Part shown: piece by piece, positions 50,001 to 62,100 of the stretch
Layout of the letters: every line of letters starts with the position of its first letter
Numbering within the stretch: the stretch's first letter is position 1
From: Fistulifera solaris
Lineage: Eukaryota
Assembly: GCA_030295235.1 (NCBI GenBank)
Contig: AP026134.1
Location: 1,178,001-1,242,000 of the forward strand
DNA: 64,000 nt
Direction of reading: 5' to 3'
Position numbers and translations under genes: made by a program
Notes under the pieces: generated by a model
Database searches by the model: none
What the model was told of the DNA's origin: nothing
Seen by the model: the letters and a program-made list of their open reading frames with translations, nothing else

Positions 50001-50175
50001 TGCGACGATGGATGTTTTTTTGTTTTTTGTTTGACAAGTGCTTTCAGTCTTGTTATTTCAGTCGCAATCTTTTCGATGTGTATGTTGTCTACGTGTCTGT
50101 GTCTGCTTATTGTTGGCGGATACAAGATGATCTAACGAAAAGCAATAAAAGCCAATGAAGATCATTGCATGAAGA
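47087..50175 (-). repeat. Unclassified ~3.1 kb repeat, copy B (inverted, uninterrupted)
   Basis: Reverse complement of 4950-5639 joined to 12688-15074. Contains the single-copy target CCTTC (GAAGG on the minus strand) at 49482-49486. Confidence 0.93.
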
Positions 50176-50826
50176 GACAAGAGACAATAAATAATCACAA
50201 TTATCCTGGCGGACTTTCGGCAATTGGCAATACTGGTATCGACACACATAAAGTACATACGAAACGCGAAGTCAACCTTTCTTGTTTATGACATCTCGGC
50301 ATCGGTACACTTGGCGCGACTGTTTGTGCCCGTTGCTTGCTACAACAACAAGAACAAAAAGATCATTATTTCTTTACATAGATGATTTCGTTTATTCATA
50401 ATGAAAATGTGGTGTGACCTGTCCCTTCCCTTCTTACCAGGTAGATAAGAAAATCACCTGTATAAATTTTACCCAGTAAACTCAAACTGGAGGACTCCAA
50501 TAAGGTTCACGCTTTTGCAGCTTTCGTCTGTTCTCGCCTCTACTGCGTTTTCACCGAGGCGAGACGCCATACGCCATCATGCATGGTGAATGGTGACATG
50601 TCGGAAACGGCGTTGAAATTCTGCCTCGTCGTGGACGCTACGTAGAATCAGGTATTTGCAGTGCACGCAACGATGCTACCTGATAACGTAGACGCTATAG
50701 GTCGAAAGACTTAGCGGATCGTCGATTTCCGTATTTACTATAGGCCTAAAGTGTATGCCGTATTTCGCCACGACTGCAATTCAGTCACGAAGCAAAATTT
50801 AACTGATGCGAGCCAAAGTGCTATTA

Positions 50827-50847
50827 TACTTGTACCTGGTACAAGTA
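50827..50847. promoter_or_regulatory. 21-bp palindrome centred on the recurrent TACCWGGTA motif, upstream of PPIL4
   Basis: TACTTGTACC-T-GGTACAAGTA, ~110 bp before the ATG. The core recurs in many intergenic regions of the window. Confidence 0.5.
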
Positions 50848-50956
50848 CTTCATACTTTTATTACCGACGCTTCGTTCAATCGCCTATAAAACTAAAATAT
50901 ATTTTCATTTGATAGATAATAATACCTTCCGAAGCATTTACAACAAGCAGCGCACG

Positions 50957-52858
50957 ATGGCTCTGTTACTAGAGACAGCGCTAGGGGATATTGTGATCGA
51001 CTTGGACTACAAAGGCTCTCCGGCGTTGACTCGCAATGTTTTGCAATTGGCCAAAGCAAACGCGTATAAACGCAATCTAATTTACAAAGTTTTACCACAG
51101 CGATTTTGTATGACGGGATGCCCCGTTGGAGATGGTAGCGGCGGAACAAGCATTCAAGGTTTGTTGAATGGCACAAAGACTGCGCTATCCACGGGTACGA
51201 GTCGACTCTTGTCCCCTCTGGAAATGCAAGAAAAAGGTCGTGTGGCAGTACAAGGTCAGAGCATGGGCTCTCAATTTCTCATCACCATCGATCAAGGAAA
51301 AGATCATGCATTAGACGGTATAGAGGGAGACTTCTATTCGGTAGGAATCGTAGCCGAGGACGACAATCACGTCCTTGACAAGATTAACGCAGCTTATCTG
51401 GATCCGAACAATCGTCCTTTTGCCGATATTCGCATATTAAGCGCGCTGGTTGTCTACGATCCGTTTGAAAACGAATATTCCGCAGAACTAGTTGAATATA
51501 TGAAGCAATGTTCATCTGCCTCTCCCGAACGTCCTCCACAAGAAACGGTAGAAAAACGGATATCCGTTGCGGAGATTGATATGGAGGACGATGAAGACGA
51601 TAACAGTAGTGTGGATGAATGTAAACAGAGAAAGCTACAGGAAGAGGAGCTACAACGCGAAGCGCAAAGTCGTGCTATCGTTTTGGAAATGTTGGGCGAT
51701 TTGCCATCTGCTGACATGAAAGCGCCCGAAAACGTGTTGTTCATTTGTAAGCTGAATCCGGTGACAACGGATGAAGATTTGGAATTGATCTTCAGTCGTT
51801 TTGATCAAGCAGTTAAAGTTGAGATTATTCGTGACCATGATACCGGGGATTCGCTGCAATATGCCTTTGCTGAATTTACAACGCCAGAGCAAGCCCAGGA
51901 AGCGTACTTCAAAATGAATCATGCGTTGGTAGATGACCGGCGGATTCTAGTCGATTTTAGTCAATCTGTCGCAAAACTGTGGGATAAGTACCACCAAAAG
52001 ATGAAATTTAGTCGCAGAGCAGATACTTTTCAATCGCAAAAGCGGCGATCGAGGGGACAGGACGAACGGCAACAATCAAGCAGCCAAAGGCGAGGAGAGG
52101 ATCGACACGGTCGAGGCCGAGGTTATCCACATGAGCGCGAGAAGAATGTACGTGATTCACAACGGCGAAGGAATGGTCACAGCCATTCGTATGATCAGCG
52201 ACATGATCGTCACTTCAGCAGAGGTACAAGTGAAGATCGCGGCAGAGATCGCGACAAAACGGACGAGGACAGTTTCGGAAGACCTAGACATTTTCATGAG
52301 CAAGATAGGATACAAAAGTGCCGAGACGATCGATTTGAGAACAACAAAGACTCGAGTCACAAACGATATGGAGGTGATGATTCAAGAAGCTATGACAAAG
52401 AGCTTTCAATAAGTGAAGACGATAGTGGACATCGACGCCGCGATCACGGCCGCCGCCACAAACACGATCGAAAAGAGAGTGAAAGGAGAAGTCGCAAAAG
52501 ACGTCGGAAAGATGAAGAACGGCGGCATCGAAGTGACAGCGAAAAACGAAGGCTTAAACACGGTCGACATGATGAGGAACGAAGACGTTCAGAAGGAGCA
52601 GACGAGAGAGCAAAAGGTTACAAAATAGATAGGGATGACAGGGATAAGCGTAGAAAAGACCGAGAAGATAAGGATACAAGGCCCGATAGAGATCCAAGAC
52701 GAAACTCTCATGGAGAGGAAAGACATCGTTCTCGTGATCGTGATGAGAGATATTACGAAAAAAACCCAATCGGGACGAGTGGAGTAATAGAGACAAAAAG
52801 TATTGAGAGGAGAGACTCACAGCTGAGATTGGGGAAAAAACGATCAAGGAAAATGTGA
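50957..52858 (+). CDS. PPIL4: Cyclophilin-RRM protein with an RD/RS-rich tail (PPIL4/CYP59-like)
   Basis: MALLLETALGDIVIDL, GDGSGGTSI, RPFADIRI, PENVLFICKLNPVTTDEDLELIFSRF and LVDDRRILVDFSQSV. The last ~30 aa may be frameshifted at the A-run ~52758-52764. Confidence 0.92.
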   Translation: MALLLETALGDIVIDLDYKGSPALTRNVLQLAKANAYKRNLIYKVLPQRFCMTGCPVGDGSGGTSIQGLLNGTKTALSTGTSRLLSPLEMQEKGRVAVQGQSMGSQFLITIDQGKDHALDGIEGDFYSVGIVAEDDNHVLDKINAAYLDPNNRPFADIRILSALVVYDPFENEYSAELVEYMKQCSSASPERPPQETVEKRISVAEIDMEDDEDDNSSVDECKQRKLQEEELQREAQSRAIVLEMLGDLPSADMKAPENVLFICKLNPVTTDEDLELIFSRFDQAVKVEIIRDHDTGDSLQYAFAEFTTPEQAQEAYFKMNHALVDDRRILVDFSQSVAKLWDKYHQKMKFSRRADTFQSQKRRSRGQDERQQSSSQRRGEDRHGRGRGYPHEREKNVRDSQRRRNGHSHSYDQRHDRHFSRGTSEDRGRDRDKTDEDSFGRPRHFHEQDRIQKCRDDRFENNKDSSHKRYGGDDSRSYDKELSISEDDSGHRRRDHGRRHKHDRKESERRSRKRRRKDEERRHRSDSEKRRLKHGRHDEERRRSEGADERAKGYKIDRDDRDKRRKDREDKDTRPDRDPRRNSHGEERHRSRDRDERYYEKNPIGTSGVIETKSIERRDSQLRLGKKRSRKM

Positions 52859-53868
52859 TCTTAAAGCGCAACACAAAGTCAACGAGCCAATATTTGCCAG
52901 AAAGGTCGACCCGTCGACGTTAAGTTAGCCTCTCTAGTTAAAAAAGCGAGGTGGATAGCACCCTTCTCTTCGCCGTCCGTCAGAGTGCCCTAAATCAATT
53001 TGTGGACTTTGCTGTCAAGTAACGGCTTTGAATGGCTCAACAGAATAGCCAGGGTGCGATTGGTAAATTACATGGTGGTCGACAAGTTCAAGCACTAAAG
53101 TACGAGAATCCCAGAACTGCTGGGTGTGTGGAGATTCTTTGTTATCGATAAATCGATGATATCTCTGGAACAACCGACGACTAGAATGGAACATTAAGGA
53201 GCATGCTTATTTCGTTTGGAGAAACCTTGTAACCGTCATGGAATTTGAATCATAACTAATATAGGATCGTCTTCTGGTTTAATCGGTACCCTGTAGAGTT
53301 TATATTACTCGTAACAAAGATGACGTCCGATTCTGGCGGCTTTTCAACATTTGCAATGGATCAATGTCATTCCGAAGAAACAGGCTGTCACTTCAACCCT
53401 TCCTTGCGTTCCTAACGACACCTTCTACATCGTTAGTGTATTTGTTCGTTAACCTGGGCACTTAGAACTCTCTTGCCTTTGTTGCACTTACATTTCGGAA
53501 AGTGAGCCAATTGAAGTTACGTTCATGGTAAGTTGGCAGTTAGGATGTAGCGCCAAGCCACTGCGACTCCGAAGTAGATAGGTTGTAGTGTCCTTGAAGA
53601 TATTATTATCTTGTACCCGCTTCTTATACACTGCGTACTCACGTTCCCAGAAAATCTGTGTGTGCGGTATTTGGATGTGCCCAGAAAATCTGGACGCAAC
53701 GAAGGCTGCAAAAGCGCCGCGCCGCCCACCCTTTACCTGGTACCTGGTACGTAAAAAAAACAGCAAATCTTCGATTTGGGTTGCCTTTTCTAACAAATAC
53801 TTTGCCATCATAATAAGTTAAAAGCAAGAATCATACCTGCAGGACAATAGCCAGGGTTTACAATTATA

Positions 53869-56566
53869 ATGACGAGCGCAAGTACCTCTCCGGCTCTTCC
53901 CACGGATCAAGCTGTGCTGGAGTATCTGCAACGCAAGGGGCTCGGGACAGCCGCTTTAGAATTATCAAATCTGTTGAAGAAGGAAAAGCCTAAGGATACA
54001 CGCGCGGAACTAGAGGAAGAAGACTATGTATTTCGAAATCAGCGAACACTGTTGGCAAAAGTGAGTGTTACCGCAAAAGCTCGGTCTTATCTTGAGATTC
54101 TTTTGCAATACAACGAGTTCATTGGCTAATGTTTTTGTAACAATATAGTCCACAGGAGGAAGTTACGGAAGCGATCGTGATTCCGCGTGGCCGCTTGTAC
54201 AGTGGGGAGTTCCAGAAAAGGATGTTGACGGCGGCATAGGCGCAGAAGAAGCTCGGACGTATCTGCGAAGTTTTACCGAACTGCAATTGTGGGTTTTGAG
54301 CTTGCCAGATCATGATGCAGCTGGGGTTGTCACTCAAGCGAATCCACTGGAACGAGCACGCGCATTGCTGCAAGGAGGTGATAAAGAGCAGTCACCATCA
54401 TCGGTAGCTTCTCTCATGGAAGAATTGGTCAAAAACAAAGAACCCAAAGGTGGAGTTGCCGATTCGTCTTCTCATACGACGACTTACAATTTACCCCCAT
54501 CAGCAAAAGCAGAGCTACTTTCTGTTACTTTTGCTCTGTTGGTACACACGTATTGCGAATTACTGGAAGTGGGCATGGAGCAAACAGCTCATGGTTTGCG
54601 CGATGCCTTTCAGCCCATCTATCTGCCCCAATATGAGACAGAGTTGCGTGATCTAAACAATTGTACTTCGACAGAAGACGCAATGCGACTCAATGCGCAC
54701 AATAGCCAACATATGGAAGCTGTTAACACTTTGAAAGCGATATCGGTGCAGGTATCTTCGTATCAGTTGCAACGAGAACAAGCGCAGATGGCGCTGCAAC
54801 AGCAGGCATCGAATGATCCGAATACTGCAGCTAAGTTACAGCTTCTGATCCAAGAAATCGACAAGAAAATTTCTATTCTACGTATCAAGTACCAGGAGCT
54901 GAGTCAACGCGCGACGATGGCATTCGCGAAAATGCACGATTTGCCTTTTCTGCGTCGAGCACGAGCTGTCCGCTGGAGATTAGCGCTTAGTGCACAGACA
55001 TATGGACTTTTGGTTTCCTTTTTAAAACCCTTGCTGCCAATGAGCACTTTGCTGCAGACGAAATGTGAAATTCATGTGGAACGACGAGATCCATTGCCGT
55101 TCACCCCTGGTATAGTTTTTGCAGGCTTCGAAAAGGAGAGCGATGATACCGATAGACCATCGTTCCTGCATACCCTGGATATTGCTTGGGCCGTCCCATC
55201 TCGCGCGACGGACGCTTCAAACGAAAAGCTACCTTTTCCGAAGTACGACTTGGACAAGCAATATCCAAACGAGGAAGAAGCCTCTCGCCAAAAGCAGCTA
55301 GTCGAATACAATCGTTCCTTACTCATTCACGGATTTCGTAGATTAGAAGCTTTAGAACGCAAGCGCAATTACGAGAAGATGGAGGGGGATGCTGTCGACG
55401 CTGTGTCGCACATACACAAACCTATCTGTGATCCGCTCAAACCCTCTGTATTAATGACAACGCTTTCCAGTTCCGTTGGCGCGAAAGTTGTAAGTTTCTC
55501 TGCTCCGACCGCCACACGTGATATTGCGTCGATTTGGGACGAGCCGGGAATTGGGGTGTGTTGCATGAAGCAAGGGAACAACTGGCTTGCTGCTGGTTGT
55601 GATGATTCGGCCGTACGTATATTTGATCTCTCCAAAAGAAATCTGACGACGGAACCGGTTTCCGTACTGCTGGGACACAAGAACGGATTCCCTGTCTTTG
55701 ATATTGATTGGAATGGGAACGCTTTGCTAAGTGCGGGTGGTGATGGTTCCATTCGCTTATGGGATCCCTCCTTGACTGGTCCTTATGGAGCTACAGACAC
55801 TTCAACTTCTTCTAATGCAGCAAAGTTGGTCCCTGGTGTACGGACTGAAACTGCGTCATTCCCTAATGGCGCCGCTTTGGCAGTTTATCGCGGCCATCTT
55901 TCCCCTGTGTGGAGTGTGGCTTGGAGTCCTGCCGGATACTACTTCGCTTCAGCTGGTGCTGACGCTACGGCTCGAATCTGGGTGACCGATCGGCCGACTC
56001 CTGTGCGCTTGCTGGTGGGGCACACCTCGTCAAACGTCAACTGCATAACATGGCATCCAAATGGAAATTACATTCTTACCGCGGGAGATGACGGCACATG
56101 TAGATTATGGGATGTACATTCAGGTCGGACGGTCCGATTGTTGACGGGCGCGAAGACGAGTGTCAAGCAGTGCTTGATTAGTCCTAATGGGAGATACGCT
56201 TTTGCAGCCGATTATTCCGGAACTTTGACGCAATGGGACCTCGCGCAAGGACAAGTGATTCGTTCATGGAATCAATGTAGCACTAGCACTAGTACCAACA
56301 GTAGCACTAGTAGAGCCGTCCAAGCTATGGCGATTGATCCAGCCTGCCAGTCCTTGGCCGTAGCAGGTGATGACTTCACGGTGCGATTGTGGGATTTGTC
56401 GAATGCAAGATCGTCGGAGCCAGCTCTGTCGATGCCGTGCCAGCGATCGATGATAATGGACCTTCAATACACGAGCAGAAATTTGTTACTTGCCGCAGGC
56501 AAAGTTGTAACGCCAGTTCCTGTATCAAGCAGCTTCTACAAAAAGAAAAAGGGAATGCTCCAGTGA
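53869..56566 (+). CDS. TAF5: TFIID subunit 5 (LisH, NTD2, WD40)
   Basis: LisH-like DQAVLEYLQRKGL, NTD2-like KAELLSVTFALLVHTYCELL, and WD40 repeats YRGHLSPVWSVAWSPAGYYFASAGADATARIW and WHPNGNYILT. Intron 54061-54148 is in frame. Confidence 0.9.
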
Positions 56567-56671
56567 CGCGGCTTTTGACGTAACGTAATACTTCTATTTA
56601 ATTCCCAATTACCTGTCGATTGTACCGGGTTTGAATTTTATGATCAATAGCGTCTCTTTCAAAAGCATAGT

Positions 56672-57799
56672 CTAAGGAAATTCTACGGACGTTTCAGTTC
56701 CAACGTGCTCCTGAATTGCCGTTTGTAAAAGCTTTTGGACCGTCTCTCTACCGGGTGGGACTGCAATCTTGGCGATTGTTTTGGCGCTTTGGCAGAATGT
56801 AGCAACGCCGACAACTTGGTGACCGCGTCTCACAATGAACTGAACAGGGGTATCCGCGGCTGCCTTTTCGACAGAATATAAAGCTTCAAGGGCTTGAGTT
56901 TGTTCTCGAATATATGGTTCCATTTGTTTCTCATTCAATATGACTGCCACAGTTGTTTCTGCAACGTCGGGGATCAAGTAAGACCAACCGTCTTTTAGTG
57001 TTCCTCCACTCAATAAATTGGAGTCTGGAATATGTGGCACAACATTTTGCTGCAGCACCAAAAACCTCCCGTACCCAAAGTATTCTAAATGTGTCATGGC
57101 CGTATTAGAATGAACAAAAGAGCTGCGGTGCGTTGTACCAGTTCTTTCTGTGGTGTGCCCGTAACTGGCTACAATTCGCTTCAAAACCAGGCTCATAAAG
57201 TCCCCATGGCCGACGCAAGCAATAAGCGCATTCTCCGTCTTTTCCTTGTCATGATTCATAAAAGCTAATTGCTCGTCTAAATAATTGCAAAACCACATGT
57301 AAAACCGAGTTGCGCGTTCTTCCGAGCTTTCTCTTGTTTCTGGACCCTTCTCATCGCAATACCATCCTCGATTCATATCTGGAAATCCTGTGAATTCAAC
57401 ATGATCATGCTGCAAGTAGTCCTTTATCTCCGACGGTTTCATTCCTTCCATGGGTTGATCTTTAAGATGGCATCCTTCCGATTCAAAATAGAAACCGTGT
57501 ACTAAGACAGGACACGTCGGATGATGCTTCAAAATGGGTTGGATTGTCGACAAAGTTCGCTTCATCGGACTTGTCAGTATTTGCGTCGGCTGCAAATACT
57601 CTCCTAAGAGCTCTGCTTGTCGATAACCTAAGTCACTGAGTCCGGGATCAGCGAGTCGATTACAATCAACGTACGCTTGACGATTCGCCGATACCGGCAA
57701 TTGACGTGCTTCGCGATAAACTTGATTGTTGTACGATTCCGCGTGTCGAACCAATCGAATGCTCAGACTCGGGCGATGAAACTCGTTTGTTAATGTCAT
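56672..57799 (-). CDS. Histidine phosphatase / phosphoglycerate mutase superfamily protein
   Basis: LVRHAESYNN (RHG-type motif), SPMKRT, ACVGHGDF and HSNTAMT. Confidence 0.88.
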   Translation of the reverse strand: MTLTNEFHRPSLSIRLVRHAESYNNQVYREARQLPVSANRQAYVDCNRLADPGLSDLGYRQAELLGEYLQPTQILTSPMKRTLSTIQPILKHHPTCPVLVHGFYFESEGCHLKDQPMEGMKPSEIKDYLQHDHVEFTGFPDMNRGWYCDEKGPETRESSEERATRFYMWFCNYLDEQLAFMNHDKEKTENALIACVGHGDFMSLVLKRIVASYGHTTERTGTTHRSSFVHSNTAMTHLEYFGYGRFLVLQQNVVPHIPDSNLLSGGTLKDGWSYLIPDVAETTVAVILNEKQMEPYIREQTQALEALYSVEKAAADTPVQFIVRRGHQVVGVATFCQSAKTIAKIAVPPGRETVQKLLQTAIQEHVGTETSVEFP

Positions 57800-58430
57800 T
57801 ATCAAGTCGGTTTCCTTCTATCTATCTTTTGCTGTGATTTATCGAATAGTTCGCGTTATTCTCTTTTCAATGTCTCTTTGTTTGTTTCCTTCTTTGGTGT
57901 GGTAATAAAACGAAATGCATGGACGATGCGATACGCTCGCGTCTCGCGTCATGCGCTCAAATGTGACGTGTTTCTTTGTGGGGTCAAGAAACTGCAGTAC
58001 GGTACTCACAAAGTGCCCCTATGGTACTGAAGTGCTCACATACAAATTGTTACTCTGATCCGATTTGTTTAGGAGAGGGCGGGTCCACGACTGACTTCAG
58101 TCATTAGTCATTAGGCGTCACCCTAGAGTTTATTCCCTCTTTCGTTTTTCGGATAAAGTCTTTACAGTTTACAGATTTGAGCCGAGAACATGTTGTCGGC
58201 AACGTTTGAAAATCATTTGATTGCGACTGGACCCAACAATTTTGACTTATTAGCTTCGTTGTTGGTTCTTGGCATCCGCGATTGGCTTCATTCTTACAAG
58301 GTGTAGTCTTTTTTTTTGAAAAAAGATGCCAGGTAAACGACCATAAAAATGAAAGAGACTAAAACGATTCGGCACGACATAATAAGTTTGTAAAAATCAA
58401 TTGCTAACAAACAACCTAAATCACTCGAGG

Positions 58431-59920
58431 TTAGCCCAAGTCCTTTCGCCACAAAATAATTTCTTGTTGTTTGAAATAGCGTCGATCATCTTCATCCACC
58501 AACACCAAATTTAAAAAGTAGCGCACCGAAAAACGATTGTTGACCGCTGTGTAGGTTGGAGTAAGATCGGCTGGGATACCTTTCAGACACAATTTGACCG
58601 GGATTACTTCTCCCTTGACTGGTGCACCATCCATAATTTCATACTTGACGACAGTCTGCGTTTCCGTGTATATATTAGCACCCGCATCCGTATTGTTGGT
58701 CTCTTGCGCCGCCATGGCTACTCCTTCTCCACTCGTCTCTCGTCGCAACACTGCTAATTCCATGTGTTTGATTTTGATCCGTACCAACAGGAAATGAATC
58801 TTCCCGGTAATGGTATCGGCCGTGTGATAATGTCTCCGGTCGTATTCGAATTCAATGTGCAAACACTCTTCTATGCCCACTTCCATTTTAATGGGTTCAT
58901 CCTGTGGCGGCGCTTGACCCAGCAATTGCACCCATACATCGTGCTCGGCCGTCAGAGGCGGCAAAAATTTGCGTTCAATAGCCACTCGAACAATGTACCG
59001 GACCGCCACATTCCGGCCGCGGTAGCTTTCGAGCTCCTTCTCCATGTTGCGAAAGGCAAAGGGCACTACTGCTTCGGGTTGATACAAGGCACCCGGCGGG
59101 GCTAGTTCTTTGGAGAGACTCGTGAAATCGTAATGGGGACGTCCTTCATGAATCCCCATCGTCATGTCAATACGACCAATGAACTGCACTTTGATCCCCA
59201 AATGCTCGAACTTCTTTTGTGACGAAGGCAGCCGTAACACAATTTGACCGGTGATATCGTCGGTCGCATTGTATGCATAGGTAATGTCTTTTGTTGTACG
59301 GGGGCAAGGAAGAGACGGCATTGCCCCCGTACGTCGTTTGACCTTGCATAGAACTGCTGGCTCCATAGGGTGCACTCATAGTTTGCGAGGACGACATGGT
59401 TCCATACGGTTGCGAAAGGGAAGGATTCGTTCCTCCATACGGCGATGTTGTTGGTGGATAGGCTGGATTCGCGTACGGTGTTGACTGCTGCGGATTCACT
59501 AAAGGCTGTTCTGGTTGCTGTTGAGGCATCATCGGGGGAACGTTGGCGTAGTTTCCACCATTGTTGCTTATTGTACTATTGTTGATCATATTTTCCGAAG
59601 GAGCAAGATTGTTATTCAATTGCAACTGATCTCCTACCGGATGTTTCACTCTCCAAAACGGATTTCGATGCAAGCGCCAGGAAGGAGTATGATCTAACAA
59701 AACTTGTTTCGGATCTAATCGGATCTCTATTTTGACCGCTCCACTGCCCGTTAAGGCTCCCAGTAACGAGCCCTATTTTATATCAGTTAAAAGTATTACG
59801 GGGATAGAGTCGAAAGACACACAATCGCATAACGAGGGGGGAGATGAGACAGTGCTGTTAGCGACTAAATTATGCATACGCTACCCAACGCGCAGGTCAT
59901 TATATACATACCACATCCAT
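58431..59920 (-). CDS. VPS26: Retromer subunit VPS26
   Basis: FEHLGIKVQFIGRI, IKMEVGIEECLHIEFEY, KYEIMDGAPVKGEVIP and LVLVDEDDRRYFKQQEIILWR. 9-nt first exon (MDV) with intron 59911-59773. 1-bp frameshift at ~59325 in a C-run. Confidence 0.93.
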
Positions 59921-60387
59921 TTTCTACCTATATATATGGCTTGAAAAGAATTAAAGGACGAGTAAAAAAAGCAAGCAATAGAGAGACAATTGCAAACACA
60001 ATAATGGCAACAGCGAAAGATTCGAGTCACTTTTGTCTTTATTACTCCGTCTTATTTGCCGTCTTTTACGCATCGCTGTGGTACTGAACTGCTAAGAAAA
60101 CAAATGTTTAATTGACGCATCACTCAAGACACATTCCAGATTCCAGTCAGGAGTAGAGATATTCGAGCTACGGAGTACTTCACTCGAGAATTCGCCCGTT
60201 TGAAAACAATTCGGAGTTCAGCAACGTAAGTCTTTTTGCTTGTAGTTTCCAGCTCTACGTTCATGACTCCTCGGCTCTGTATAACAATCATTCTGATTAT
60301 CAAAAGACAAGGCTATTTTTTTATTCCATATCGCTATTCATTAGAGTATTTTTCATCACTAAGCCAAATCAGAGCACTGTTATTCGC

Positions 60388-61413
60388 TTATTTCCCATCC
60401 GAAGAATTCGGCTTCTCCAAGGGATCCCCTTGCAAAAGTCGTTTCAAGTTACAGTTCGCATTGGGGACCGTATTCATAGCCGCTGTGGCTGGCTTGCGCA
60501 CGGCACGATCGACTCCAGGCAATTCCCAGTCCACCACCCGGTCCGAAGGCATGGAGGGCTGCACGGAAGCAAAGAGCTGTGGTGTGGCATCCGATCGCGG
60601 TCGTTTGCGATTCGACCGTGCCGCGTGCAATTCTGCCGCCGCCTTGGCTAAGTGCTCCATCATGGCACTATCTAATTCAATGTTCTGTGGTAACATGGAA
60701 GCCAGTTGCCGTGCGGCTGCTGTTTTTGGTGTCGCATTCATCATCTCTTGCTGTTTTTTCGGGTAAGTATCGTTCGAAGTGGAGGGAGAGAACATGAAGG
60801 AGTTGGGAGCGGAATCAAGCATTTGACTCACATCCGAAGTCGTGTCTTGATGCTCTGGCTCCTGTGTTACGGTTATGAGTTTTGCTGGTGCATCGGCTTT
60901 AGGTTTTGACGAATCTTTATGCAGTGCGGACTTCTTCGGTACAGACTCCTGAATAGGACCAAAATCGAGTTGCTTCGGTAACGTCGTCGTTTGTTCCTTC
61001 ACGGGATTGGCAGACACAGAAGCCTTACGAGCAACCGTGGTATCCTTTGTTGTCAACGACGAATTATTCTGATATGCTTTATCAAAACGCTTTCCCAGAC
61101 CCACTAATCGAGCGTGCAGAAGTAACAAATACGTCGAAGCCATTTGCAAACGCCCCAGTTGTTGTGCTTCCGCAGCTGCTTGACACAAATTATCCGCTTC
61201 ATCTAAGATGCTATTGAAAGCATTTTGTTGAGTAACAGCTTCGGTCGTTTGTGTTATAGTAGATTTGTCATTGTAGTTCTTGGGGCGTTTTACGCGAATG
61301 CAAGGACGTTTCGTGGGAGAGGCCGTGGATGGCGACGACGTAGCGGTCGTTGTGGTTGATTTCGGTGTTGTAATCTTGGCGGGTTGGAAAAATGGATTGT
61401 TGGCGGACGGCAT
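60388..61413 (-). CDS. Hypothetical protein with helical segments
   Basis: ATG at 61413. Helical blocks ILDEADNLCQAAAEAQQLGRLQMASTYLLLLHARLVGLGKRFD and MMEHLAKAAAELHAAR lie within T/P/K-rich linkers. Confidence 0.7.
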   Translation of the reverse strand: MPSANNPFFQPAKITTPKSTTTTATSSPSTASPTKRPCIRVKRPKNYNDKSTITQTTEAVTQQNAFNSILDEADNLCQAAAEAQQLGRLQMASTYLLLLHARLVGLGKRFDKAYQNNSSLTTKDTTVARKASVSANPVKEQTTTLPKQLDFGPIQESVPKKSALHKDSSKPKADAPAKLITVTQEPEHQDTTSDVSQMLDSAPNSFMFSPSTSNDTYPKKQQEMMNATPKTAAARQLASMLPQNIELDSAMMEHLAKAAAELHAARSNRKRPRSDATPQLFASVQPSMPSDRVVDWELPGVDRAVRKPATAAMNTVPNANCNLKRLLQGDPLEKPNSSDGK

Positions 61414-62100
61414 TTTTAATGAGCAAGCACAAAGAGTTGTGAAAATAAGATGAAATGAGGAGCACTTTTTTCGCAACATCGCGACAACGCGAGCAGCGTA
61501 CCAGTATTCATCCAAAGTCTTGTCCCCGTATACTAAGGTTAGCGTTGCATAAGGGTCTATAAGCCAAAGTGTAAGCAACCTCAATTCTTGACTGAATTTC
61601 AGTCATGAATCAACATGAAGAACGTTCTTGTCCATAGCCAGACTATAACTAGGTCTCTCTGCCTGTTCGCTCGCGTTGGACCGCTCTGCCATGGTGGTAA
61701 GCAACTACACCCTTACAAAACATTCACGTTTAGACCACCAACTTTTCCGTTGGCGAAAAAGCCTTACCGATGCTTCTTCTTTTTTCTCATGACTATAGCA
61801 GCCATGAATACATAATTTTGCTAGGAATATGCTTCGTTTTTGCCCCCTCCAGCATCCTTTAATACTTACGACGACAAAAGTCCTCAAAGAACGATCTATT
61901 CGGTATAACCATCCGGAACAAAAACGTACAAGCCGATAGAGAAGGGCGTTCAAGTTACAAGAAATGGGGAATCGGTAACAACAGAAAAAACTTTTCAACT
62001 AACTTCTAATGGAACGGAATGAAAAGCGGTTTTATTAATACATAGCTGTAGCTAGACTAACAGAATAACATGTCGATATCCATGACGCATCACGCCTTTG

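Noticed and set aside
4950..50175. Giant composite transposon with 3.1 kb terminal inverted repeats carrying host genes
   Set aside because: There is no TSD at the outer ends, the boundaries are fuzzy and diverged, no transposase is present, and the cargo is ordinary housekeeping genes.
16640..59330. Programmed ribosomal frameshifting in host genes
   Set aside because: The sites share no slippery motif or direction and are heterogeneous homopolymer indels typical of sequencing error.
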